Below are positions 1-7,447 of a DNA stretch of 25,053 nt, piece after piece (the first letter of the stretch is position 1; each line of letters begins with the position of its first letter). A program made the position numbers and the translations under genes. Origin of the DNA: a virus (lineage: Duplodnaviria; Caudoviricetes). Under the pieces are notes generated by a model. That model worked only from the letters and a program-made list of their open reading frames with translations. It was not told the DNA's origin and did not search any database. The stretch covers positions 1 through 25,053 of the IMG/VR virus record IMGVR_UViG_3300034279_000147; one strand, written 5' to 3'.

Positions 1-300
1 GACCCTGTCGTGCAGATGCAGCAGCAAGAACTCCAGATCAAAGCCAAAGAGGTGGACATCAAGGAGAAGAAGGTGCAGATCGATGCGGCCGCTCGTGCAG
101 ACGAGCTGGAGCTGAAGAAGCAGGCACTGGCAGGCAAGATGGAGCTGGACGGCTTCAAGGCTGGCCAGCAGGCTCAGCAGGCAGAGAAGAAACTGCAGGC
201 TGACCAAGAACGCGAAGGTGTCCGCATGGGCATTGACATCGCCAAGAGCAAGCAGCAGTCCGCTGCCCAAAACCAAAGGAAAGGCCCCCGTAACCAATGA
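1..300 (+). CDS. Portal protein C-terminal coiled-coil/barrel region (5'-truncated)
   Basis: Frame is open from base 1 (DPVVQMQQQELQIK...). The Q/E/K-rich helical tail is typical of P22-like portal barrels, and the gene lies upstream of the head genes. Its stop overlaps the next ATG (ATGA). Confidence 0.6.
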   Translation, partial: DPVVQMQQQELQIKAKEVDIKEKKVQIDAAARADELELKKQALAGKMELDGFKAGQQAQQAEKKLQADQEREGVRMGIDIAKSKQQSAAQNQRKGPRNQ

Positions 301-491
301 TCTCCGAATTCGCACGCGTATTGCGCGAAAAATTACGCACCGACATGAACAACTACGCCGATGACTTGGCGGGTGGGGCATGCCGCTCTTTCGACGATTA
401 CCAAAAACTCTGTGGTGTGATTCAAGGCCTAGCTACCGCAGAGCGTCACCTCCTCGACCTTGTAGAGAAAGTAGAGCAATCAGATGAGTGA
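297..491 (+). CDS. Small conserved phage head-module protein (64 aa)
   Basis: ATGA overlap with the previous gene. The helical DY..LCG.IQGL pattern is typical of the small gene following the portal in this phage group. Confidence 0.75.
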   Translation: MISEFARVLREKLRTDMNNYADDLAGGACRSFDDYQKLCGVIQGLATAERHLLDLVEKVEQSDE

Positions 492-918
492 AATCATTCT
501 GCCTCCGGGCATTACACTGCCCAAACACATCCAACCGATCGACGCCCCCGAGGCCGATGCGGACAACGAAACCAAAGCGTCAGCGCTGCCTATCCCGACC
601 GGATACAAGCTGCTGTGCGTCGTGCCCGAGGTCGATGAAAAGATCGCCGGTACGAGCCTCGACCTCGTTCGAGATGCTGCGACCATGCGAGCGGAAGAAC
701 ATGCCACCACGGTGCTGTTCGTGCTGCGGGTCGGACCAGACGCGTACAAAGACCCTGCCAAGTTCCCGTCGGGCGCATGGTGCAAAGAGGGTGATTTTGT
801 GCTCGTGCGCACCTACACAGGTACGCGTTTTAAGGTGTTTGGTAAGGAGTTCAGGGTTCTGAACGACGACCAAATTGAGTGTGTTGTGCAAGACCCACGC
901 GGCTATACCCGCGCATAA
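484..918 (+). CDS. groES: Co-chaperonin GroES (Cpn10)-like protein
   Basis: The motifs P.GYKLL, V+RVGPDAY, WCKEGDFVL..Y.GT.FK..GKEFRVLNDDQI..VV match the GroES beta-barrel pattern. Confidence 0.85.
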   Translation: MSEIILPPGITLPKHIQPIDAPEADADNETKASALPIPTGYKLLCVVPEVDEKIAGTSLDLVRDAATMRAEEHATTVLFVLRVGPDAYKDPAKFPSGAWCKEGDFVLVRTYTGTRFKVFGKEFRVLNDDQIECVVQDPRGYTRA

Positions 919-927
919 GGAGCAGAA

Positions 928-1878
928 ATGAGTGAATACAAATTCCCAGACGAACTGGACGACGACAAAAACGTCGATCTGGAAGTCTCAACTGACGGCG
1001 ATGTCGAGATTGAGATCGTCGACGACACCCCTGAGAAAGACCGGGGCCGCAAACCCTTGGACCGTGACGTGGCTGACCCCACGGACGACGAGATCGAGAG
1101 CTACTCCGACGGCGTCAAAAAGCGCATCAAGGAGCTGACTCACGCACGTCACGACGAGCGCCGGGCCAAAGAAGCACTGCTGCGCGAGAAGCAAGAGCTG
1201 GAGCGCCTCGCCCAACACATGGTGTCGGAGAACAACCGACTCAAGCAGTACGTCAACTCGGGCACGGAGCAGTACGCTGCATCCCAGCTGTCACTGGCCG
1301 AGACTGAGGTGGAGAAAGCCAAGCGTCAGCTCAAGGAAGCGACAGAGGCATTTGACACGGACGGCGTTGTCGCGGCACAAGATGCCCTGATGGATGCCAA
1401 GATCAAGTTCCAAGCTGCAAAAAATTTCCGCCACACCCCTTTACAGGTGGAGGAAACTGATGTACAAACTCAGCAAACGCAAGTATCACGTCAAGAACTG
1501 GACGACAAGACTGTTCGCTGGCAGGCAAAAAACCAGTGGTTCGGTTCGGCGGGATACGAGGAAGTCACCAGCTTTGCACTAGGGCTGCACCAAAAACTAG
1601 TCAACTCCGGGGTTGATCCCCGCTCTGACGAATACTTCGAGCGCATTGATGCTCGCATGAAGTCCACGTTCCCCGAAGTTTTCGGTGGTTCTGACGACAA
1701 GCCAAAATCCGGCGACAGCTCCAAGCGACCTACCTCGGTTGTGGCTCCGGCGACTCGTTCGACTGGTGCACGCAAAGTCCAGTTGACTCCCACGCAGGTT
1801 GCGTTGGCGAAAAAATATGGATTAACCCCGCAGCAATACGCTGCTGAAGTAGCAAAACTGGAGAAATCGAATGGCTGA
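928..1878 (+). CDS. Putative capsid scaffolding protein
   Basis: AAGGAG RBS, acidic N-terminus, long coiled coil and C-terminal LTP.Q..LAKK.GLT..QYA helix-turn-helix; located upstream of the capsid genes. Confidence 0.6.
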   Translation: MSEYKFPDELDDDKNVDLEVSTDGDVEIEIVDDTPEKDRGRKPLDRDVADPTDDEIESYSDGVKKRIKELTHARHDERRAKEALLREKQELERLAQHMVSENNRLKQYVNSGTEQYAASQLSLAETEVEKAKRQLKEATEAFDTDGVVAAQDALMDAKIKFQAAKNFRHTPLQVEETDVQTQQTQVSRQELDDKTVRWQAKNQWFGSAGYEEVTSFALGLHQKLVNSGVDPRSDEYFERIDARMKSTFPEVFGGSDDKPKSGDSSKRPTSVVAPATRSTGARKVQLTPTQVALAKKYGLTPQQYAAEVAKLEKSNG

Positions 1879-2329
1879 AACAATTAACCGGAACCCTCGT
1901 GCTCTTGAGGCACGCGACAAAACGACTCGTTATGTGTATACACCTGCGAGTGCACTGCCTGATCCAACCCCTGAACCCGGTATGGTGTATCGCTGGATTG
2001 CGACTCACGTACTTGGCGAAGCACAAAACACGAACGTGTCTACCAAGATGCGTGAAGGTTGGGAACCGGTCAAAGCAGTCGACCATCCCGAGCTTATGCT
2101 TGAGGGTAATGCGAAAACTGGCAACGTCGAACTCGGCGGTCTCATGCTCTGCAAGATGCCCCGTGAACGTGCGCAAGCCCGTGATGAGTATTACGCCAAA
2201 CAAGCGCAAGCCCAGATGGAATCTGTTGATAACAGCTTCATGCGAAACAATGACTCGCGGATGCCACTGTTTGCGGAACGTAAGTCCACAACCAGTCGCG
2301 GAAGCGGTTTTGGTTCTGGTTCAAAGTAA
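1871..2329 (+). CDS. Conserved phage head-module protein
   Basis: GGAG RBS and overlap with the previous gene. Contains YRWI..., REGWEPV and GGLMLCKMP motifs recurrent in this phage group. Confidence 0.75.
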   Translation: MAETINRNPRALEARDKTTRYVYTPASALPDPTPEPGMVYRWIATHVLGEAQNTNVSTKMREGWEPVKAVDHPELMLEGNAKTGNVELGGLMLCKMPRERAQARDEYYAKQAQAQMESVDNSFMRNNDSRMPLFAERKSTTSRGSGFGSGSK

Positions 2330-2343
2330 CAAGGAGTCCTTAA

Positions 2344-2946
2344 ATGGCAACTACAGCTTCTCCCTACGGTCTGAAACCCGTAAACCGTATCGACGGCATG
2401 GCATATGCTGGCGCTACTTCTCAGTTTCTGATCGACCCCGCTGGCGAAGCGACTAACCTGTTTTACGGTCAAGTCGTTATCATCGGTGCCGACGGTTACA
2501 TTGCTCTGTCAACAGCCACTGGCGCTGACTTGACTACCAACAACCTTGGTGGTTCTGGTCTGGGTGCTATCGGCGTGTTCGTCGGTTGCTCTTACATCAA
2601 CGCTCAAGGCCAGCAAATCTACGGTCAGTACTACCCCTCCGGCACAACCGGCGTGGTGACTGCATACGTGGTGACTGACGACAGCGTGACTTTCCAAGCT
2701 CAACTGGACGGCGCTGCTGACCAGTCCGATCTCGGTGCAAACACTTTCTTCGCCGCCGTTCAGAGCACCAGCACTGGTTCTACCCAGACTGGCAACTCGA
2801 CCAGCGCGTTGGAGTCCACCACTCAGACCGCCGCTGCCGCGTTCAAAATCATCGGCTTTGCATCCCCTGTGACTGACGCTTACCCAGACGTTCTGGTGAA
2901 GTTCAATCCGGGCGCACACGTCTTCTCTAACGCCACCGGCATCTAA
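2344..2946 (+). CDS. Putative minor capsid/decoration protein
   Basis: AAGGAG RBS, highly biased codon usage, beta-rich G/T/A composition; lies immediately before the major capsid gene. Confidence 0.55.
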   Translation: MATTASPYGLKPVNRIDGMAYAGATSQFLIDPAGEATNLFYGQVVIIGADGYIALSTATGADLTTNNLGGSGLGAIGVFVGCSYINAQGQQIYGQYYPSGTTGVVTAYVVTDDSVTFQAQLDGAADQSDLGANTFFAAVQSTSTGSTQTGNSTSALESTTQTAAAAFKIIGFASPVTDAYPDVLVKFNPGAHVFSNATGI

Positions 2947-2959
2947 GGAGTAACTCACC

Positions 2960-3892
2960 ATGGCTATTTCACGCGCACAACTGCTCAAAGAGCTGCTCCC
3001 CGGTCTGAACGCCTTGTTCGGTTTGGAATACGCACGCTACGGCGAGCAACACAAAGAAATCTACGAAACAGAGAAATCTGAGCGTAGCTTCGAAGAAGAA
3101 ACCAAGCTGTCCGGTTTTGGCGCTGCTCCTGTCAAGAACGAAGGCTCCGCCATCGCTTATGACAACGCGCAGGAAGCCTTCACTGCACGCTACACCCACG
3201 AAACCATCGCTTTGGGCTTCTCCATCACTGAAGAAGCTGTGGAAGACAACCTGTACGACAGTCTGTCTGCCCGCTACACCAAGGCTCTGGCTCGCGGTAT
3301 GGCTTACACCAAGCAAGTTAAAGCTGCTTCGGTGTTGAACACTGGCTTTGCTGGCACCGCTCTGGGCGGCGACGGCGTGTCTTTGTTCGGTAACAACTCC
3401 AGCGGCACTCGCGTTGGTCATCCTTTGGTTGGCGGTGGTGTGAACTACAACAGCCCAACCACTGGCGTTGACTTGAACGAGACATCGTTGGAAAACGCTA
3501 CCATCCAGATCGCTGCTTGGACTGATGAACGTGGTCTGTTGATCGCTGCCAAACCAGTCAAGTTGATTATCCCTCCATCACTGATGTTCGTTGCCAAGCG
3601 CTTGCTGGACACCGAACTGCGTGTTGGCACTGCTGACAACGACATCAACGCGTTGAAGCAGATGGGCACGATCTCTGGTGGTTACACCGTCAACAACTTC
3701 TTGACCGACAACAACGCTTGGTTCCTGACCACAGACGTTCCAAACGGCCTGAAGCACTTCGAGCGTACTGCTCTGTCCACTTCCATGGATGGAGACTTCG
3801 ACACCGGCAACGTCCGTTACAAGGCTCGTGAGCGTTATTCCTTTGGCTGGTCTGACCCATTGGGTATGTGGGGCTCTTCGGGTTCGTCCTGA
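2960..3892 (+). CDS. Major capsid protein (Mu gpT-like, HK97 fold)
   Basis: MAISRAQLLKELLPGLNALFGLEY start, ITEEAVEDNLYD and DFDTGNVRYKARERYSFGWSDP motifs, strong RBS, followed by a terminator. Confidence 0.9.
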   Translation: MAISRAQLLKELLPGLNALFGLEYARYGEQHKEIYETEKSERSFEEETKLSGFGAAPVKNEGSAIAYDNAQEAFTARYTHETIALGFSITEEAVEDNLYDSLSARYTKALARGMAYTKQVKAASVLNTGFAGTALGGDGVSLFGNNSSGTRVGHPLVGGGVNYNSPTTGVDLNETSLENATIQIAAWTDERGLLIAAKPVKLIIPPSLMFVAKRLLDTELRVGTADNDINALKQMGTISGGYTVNNFLTDNNAWFLTTDVPNGLKHFERTALSTSMDGDFDTGNVRYKARERYSFGWSDPLGMWGSSGSS

Positions 3893-3943
3893 TAGCTTTT
3901 CCGTGCGGTCGCTTGGCTCACAGCCAAGAAGGACGGCGGTTTT

Positions 3944-3973
3944 GAAAAGGGGCCTTGTGCCCCTTTTTCTTTT
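3944..3973 (+). terminator. Rho-independent terminator after the capsid gene (possibly bidirectional)
   Basis: GAAAAGGGGC-CTTGT-GCCCCTTTTT hairpin followed by CTTTT, with an A-tract on the 5' side. Confidence 0.8.
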
Positions 3974-3983
3974 GGTGTATATT
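3955..3983 (+). promoter_or_regulatory. Putative sigma70-type promoter
   Basis: TTGTGC (3955-3960), 17 nt spacer, TATATT (3978-3983). The predicted start near 3990 lies just before the structured RNA. Confidence 0.45.
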
Positions 3984-3992
3984 GCCCCAACT

Positions 3993-4065
3993 CCCGGACT
4001 TTCCGGTGTATCTGACGGCTCCGGGCCGACGTCATGCAGACAGATACGCCTTAACCGCATGAGGA
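3993..4065 (+). ncRNA. Structured pseudoknotted RNA, likely Mu-gpT-DE motif-like
   Basis: 10-bp stem 4005-4014/4041-4050, plus pairings CCCGGA 3993-3998/TCCGGG 4020-4025 and TCATGC 4032-4037/GCATGA 4057-4062. It lies downstream of a Mu gpT-like gene, the defining context of the Mu-gpT-DE motif. Confidence 0.6.
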
Positions 4066-4072
4066 AAAAATC

Positions 4073-4396
4073 ATGGCAAGCACTACCTTCTCCGGCCCAG
4101 TCACATCGACAAACGGCTTCATTGGCACTGTTACCGGCGCTGTTACGGGCAACGTCATCGGCAACGTCACGGGCACTGTTACAGGCAACGTGGCTGCCAC
4201 AGCCGGATATATTCAGCTCCGCACAGCCACCAGCGCACAAATTGCCGCCATTGCCAACGCCGTGAACACCACAGGCAAGGCCGCTGGCACGATTGTTTTT
4301 GACACCACTCTGGGCACCCTGAAGATCGCTACCGGCGCTTTGGCTGCCAGCACTTGGGTTAACGCTGACGGCACTACTGCTGTTACTCCTTCCTAA
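4073..4396 (+). CDS. Putative virion head fibre/decoration protein with G-x-V-T repeats
   Basis: GAGGA RBS; the MASTTFSGPV N-terminus is followed by 4-residue repeats GTVTGAVTGNVIGNVTGTVTGNV. Confidence 0.65.
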   Translation: MASTTFSGPVTSTNGFIGTVTGAVTGNVIGNVTGTVTGNVAATAGYIQLRTATSAQIAAIANAVNTTGKAAGTIVFDTTLGTLKIATGALAASTWVNADGTTAVTPS

Positions 4397-4406
4397 TCAA
4401 CCCAAG

Positions 4407-4426
4407 GGGGCCGAAGCCCCTGTTTT
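4407..4426 (+). terminator. Probable weak intrinsic terminator
   Basis: GGGGC-CGAA-GCCCC hairpin followed by TGTTTT. Confidence 0.55.
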
Positions 4427-4440
4427 AAAGGAGATTGATT

Positions 4441-4950
4441 ATGACGATGCAGACAGACGTCCTAGCTGGCACGCTCATTGAGAGCGGGTTCATCTACAAG
4501 CAACGCACACGCGTCAAAGGCGTGTCGGTCAAGGGTGACGGCGCAACCGCTGGCGTTTTGAACATTTTTGACACATTAACGGCTCCCGTTTCGGCAACTT
4601 ACGCCCGGACCGGAGATTTGGTCACGGTCACAAAGAACGCGCACGGTCTGCAGACCGGTGACACGGTCGGCTTGGCGTTTGCTGCGGCTTCTGGAACCGC
4701 TGCCACGAACGGCAACTACACCGTGACCAAGCTGACAGACAACACCTTCACGGTGACGGACCTCAACTCGGGGACGGTTGCAGCCCTAACTGCCTGTAGC
4801 TACGCTTCGCGCTGGATCATGACGTTCCGAATTGACGCCGGAGACGCGTACACCAACTACTGGCTCCTTCCGGGGCAAGGCATTTTGGCGCGGAACGGCA
4901 TCTACCTGCAAATCACCGACCTGAACGCTGCTTCGGTGTTCTATGGCTAA
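4441..4950 (+). CDS. Putative virion protein with an inserted small beta-barrel (E1 FCCH-like) domain
   Basis: AAGGAG at 4428-4433 favours the ATG at 4441. Central pattern VTVT..AHGL.TGDTV...NGNYTVT....NTFTVT. Confidence 0.65.
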   Translation: MTMQTDVLAGTLIESGFIYKQRTRVKGVSVKGDGATAGVLNIFDTLTAPVSATYARTGDLVTVTKNAHGLQTGDTVGLAFAAASGTAATNGNYTVTKLTDNTFTVTDLNSGTVAALTACSYASRWIMTFRIDAGDAYTNYWLLPGQGILARNGIYLQITDLNAASVFYG

Positions 4951-5197
4951 GACCCCAGCATGGACGCGCAAAGAAGGCAAGTCCGAGAAGGGCGGCTTGA
5001 ACGCGAAAGGGCGGGCGTCTTACAACAAGGCGAACCCCGGCAAGCCCGGCCTGAAGGCTCCCCAGCCCGAGGGCGGCAAACGCCGCGACTCTTTCTGCGC
5101 CCGCATGGAAGGCATGAAGAAGAAGCTGACCGGCGAGAAGGCCAAGAAAGACCCGGACAGCCGTATCAACAAAAGCCTGCGGGCTTGGAAGTGCTGA
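4943..5197 (+). CDS. Small basic conserved phage protein (DUF6321-like, from memory)
   Basis: K/R-rich; GGLNAKGRASY, RRDSFCARMEGM and DPDSRINKSLRAWKC motifs; overlaps the previous stop. Confidence 0.75.
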   Translation: MAKTPAWTRKEGKSEKGGLNAKGRASYNKANPGKPGLKAPQPEGGKRRDSFCARMEGMKKKLTGEKAKKDPDSRINKSLRAWKC

Positions 5198-5198
5198 C

Positions 5199-5444
5199 AT
5201 GGAGATGATGTTATGGAACGCGGCACTGAGTGCGATCGTAGCGATCATGGGCTTCTTGCTTAAAGGCAAGTTTGACGAGCTGGATCGGCTCAGCATTTTG
5301 CTGAACCGCACCCGGGAAGAAGTTGCGCGTGACCACATCACGCGGGCCGAGTTCCGTGCGGACATGCAGCAGTTGCTGGACCGGTTCGACCGGCTTGAGC
5401 GCAAGATCGACAACCTGCGTGGCAGCCATGCCGTCCAGCAGTAA
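5199..5444 (+). CDS. Small protein with an N-terminal membrane anchor and coiled coil
   Basis: Hydrophobic LWNAALSAIVAIMGFLL segment followed by a heptad pattern (LDRFDRLERKIDNL). Confidence 0.7.
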   Translation: MEMMLWNAALSAIVAIMGFLLKGKFDELDRLSILLNRTREEVARDHITRAEFRADMQQLLDRFDRLERKIDNLRGSHAVQQ

Positions 5445-5763
5445 GAAACAAGCCGACTTCATGCGTGCGGTAGCGCACAGCCCGAAGTTTGCAAAGAAAG
5501 TAGGCGTCCCACAGTCCGTGGGCAAAGATTTTTCAACTGCGGACAAAAGCCGCAAATTCAAAGAAGGTGGCGATATGGCAACGAAAATGAACCCGGCTTT
5601 TAAAGCAATGATTGAGAAGAACAAGGCAGGCGCTAAGCCTGCAGCCAAGGGCAAGATGATGGAGCCAAAAGGCAAGCCGTTTGCCAAGGGCGGTGGCATC
5701 GAGACCAAGGGTAAGACCAAGGGCAAGATGATTACCATGAAGTCCGGCGGCAAGACCTGCTAA
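5428..5763 (+). CDS. Small lysine-rich protein
   Basis: ATG at 5428 (MPSSSKKQADFM...) is preferred over the 5323 start, which overlaps the previous gene heavily. Contains FKEGG, FAKGG and MKSGG motifs. Confidence 0.7.
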   Translation: MPSSSKKQADFMRAVAHSPKFAKKVGVPQSVGKDFSTADKSRKFKEGGDMATKMNPAFKAMIEKNKAGAKPAAKGKMMEPKGKPFAKGGGIETKGKTKGKMITMKSGGKTC

Positions 5764-5766
5764 GCC

Positions 5767-6042
5767 ATGATGGCCAGTCGCGGCATGGGGGACATCGCCC
5801 CCTCCAAAATGCCCAAAGGCGTGCGTAAGGCCCGCCGGGATGACACCGACTTCACGCAGTACGCTGAAGGCGGCAAAGTCAATGCGGCTGGCAATTACAC
5901 CAAGCCCAGTCTGCGCAAGCGGATTGTGAGCCAAGTCAAGGCGGCCGCAACGCAGGGCACAGGGGCAGGCCAGTGGTCAGCCCGCAAAGCCCAGCTCGTG
6001 GCTAAGAAGTACAAAGCAGCCGGAGGTGGCTATCGTGACTGA
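5767..6042 (+). CDS. Small basic protein (QWSARKAQL..KKYK..GGGY family)
   Basis: Starts 3 nt after the previous stop; YAEGG motif and a conserved-looking C-terminal half. Confidence 0.75.
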   Translation: MMASRGMGDIAPSKMPKGVRKARRDDTDFTQYAEGGKVNAAGNYTKPSLRKRIVSQVKAAATQGTGAGQWSARKAQLVAKKYKAAGGGYRD

Positions 6043-6340
6043 GAGCAACAAAGAGTTTGACTTTAAAAAAGACGCAGATGATGCGTGGTCGCAGTTGAGT
6101 GCGTTGAATGACAAAGTAGACGAAGCCATGCTGTCCGGCGACAGGGACGCAATGAAGGCTGCAACTGCCGAGCGCGAGGCCGCACGTAATACCCTTCGCC
6201 CTCGAATAAAAGCAGGTCAGGACAAAGGATACACTCCTGAGGGGCTGCCACGAACATACAAAAAAGGCGGTGTTGTGTCGGCCTCAAAACGCGCCGATGG
6301 CATTGCCCAGCGCGGTAGAACTCGGGGCCAGATGCGATGA
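6035..6340 (+). CDS. Hypothetical protein with a basic C-terminal tag
   Basis: GGAGG at 6022-6026 precedes the in-frame GTG at 6035. Ends YKKGGVVSASKRADGIAQRGRTRGQMR. Confidence 0.65.
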   Translation: MTESNKEFDFKKDADDAWSQLSALNDKVDEAMLSGDRDAMKAATAEREAARNTLRPRIKAGQDKGYTPEGLPRTYKKGGVVSASKRADGIAQRGRTRGQMR

Positions 6341-6516
6341 AACTCGTGCTGTCAAACGGAGATACCCGCGAAATTCCGGTCGGCGGTGCGCTGATGGGTT
6401 TTCGCGTTGAGCAGGTCGTGTTCACTTCAGATGACGTGTATAAGTTGCTGAAGATGGAGGACGAGCAGCTTCGTTTTTGGCTATCCGCACTAACCCACAG
6501 GTTTGATCCAAAATAA
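6337..6516 (+). CDS. Hypothetical protein, 59 aa (MKLVLSNGDTREIPVGG...RFDPK), absent from the ORF track
   Basis: Exactly fills the gap, with an ATGA overlap upstream and a TAATG overlap downstream. Confidence 0.65.
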   Translation: MKLVLSNGDTREIPVGGALMGFRVEQVVFTSDDVYKLLKMEDEQLRFWLSALTHRFDPK

Positions 6517-6749
6517 TGAAGGCTCCCCAGCAATCCCTCAAAGATTGGACCGACCAGAAGTGGCGGACCAAGAGCGGCAAGCCGTCTTCAAAAACAGGCG
6601 AGCGCTATTTGCCGGAGAAGGCGATAAAATCGCTGTCATCGGCCGAGTACGCTGCGACAACCAAAGCCAAGCGTGCTGGTAAGGCGGCGGGCAAACAGTT
6701 TGTGGCTCAGCCCAAGACCATCGCAAAGAAAACAGCAGGGTTCAGATAA
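6516..6749 (+). CDS. Small basic conserved protein (DUF5872-like, from memory)
   Basis: SLKDWTDQKWRTKSG, ERYLPEKA and GKQFVAQP motifs; TAATG coupling at both ends. Confidence 0.75.
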   Translation: MKAPQQSLKDWTDQKWRTKSGKPSSKTGERYLPEKAIKSLSSAEYAATTKAKRAGKAAGKQFVAQPKTIAKKTAGFR

Positions 6750-7447
6750 TGGCAACATCCGGCGTCTCCAATTTCAACCTTGACTTGACGGAAGTCGTCG
6801 AGGAGGCGTTCGAGCGCGTGGGCGGTGAGATGCGTACGGGCTACGACCTGCGCACCGCCCGTCGGTCGATGAACTTGATGTTTGCCGATTGGGCCAACCG
6901 TGGCCTGAACATGTTCACCTACGAGCAGGGCTCCATCCCGCTGGTAGCAGGCACGGCCACATACGAGCTTCCGGCCGACACGGTGGACTTGCTTGAGCAC
7001 GTCATTCGCACGGGCGCAGGCAGCGCTTCGACACAGGCCGACCTGACCATCACACGGATCAGTGTTTCTACTTACGCCACAATCCCCAACAAGCTGCAGC
7101 AGGCCCGGCCCATTCAGGTCTGGATTGAGCGCTTGAACACCCCTCGGTTCACCGTGTGGCCTGTGCCAGACAACACCCAGCCCTACACCTTTGTGTATTG
7201 GCGGCTGCGCCGCATCCAGAATGCTGGCGAGGGTGTGAACACGATGGACATGCCGTTCCGATTCTTGCCCTGCATGGTGGCGGGCTTGGCCTACTACTTG
7301 GCGCTGAAGGTGCCCGGTGGCACAGAGCGTTTGCAGGTGCTCAAGGCCCAATACGACGAAGCGTGGGACCTTGCCTCCACGGAAGACCGCGAGAAGGCGG
7401 CTGTGCGCTTTGTGCCACGCCGTCAGTACCTCGGGAGCGGGACATGA
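6749..7447 (+). CDS. Putative head-tail adaptor / tail tubular protein A-like
   Basis: EEAFER.G, ARRSMNL..ADWAN.G.N, WPVPD and P.RFLPCMVAGLAYYLA architecture; about 230 aa. Confidence 0.6.
   Translation: MATSGVSNFNLDLTEVVEEAFERVGGEMRTGYDLRTARRSMNLMFADWANRGLNMFTYEQGSIPLVAGTATYELPADTVDLLEHVIRTGAGSASTQADLTITRISVSTYATIPNKLQQARPIQVWIERLNTPRFTVWPVPDNTQPYTFVYWRLRRIQNAGEGVNTMDMPFRFLPCMVAGLAYYLALKVPGGTERLQVLKAQYDEAWDLASTEDREKAAVRFVPRRQYLGSGT

Noticed and set aside
3993-4065. tRNA
   Set aside because: No cloverleaf, T-loop GTTC signature or acceptor stem; the pairings are pseudoknot-type.
7156-7443. Upstream start of the 330-aa ORF
   Set aside because: It overlaps the adaptor gene by about 290 nt; the ATGA-coupled start at 7444 is far more plausible.
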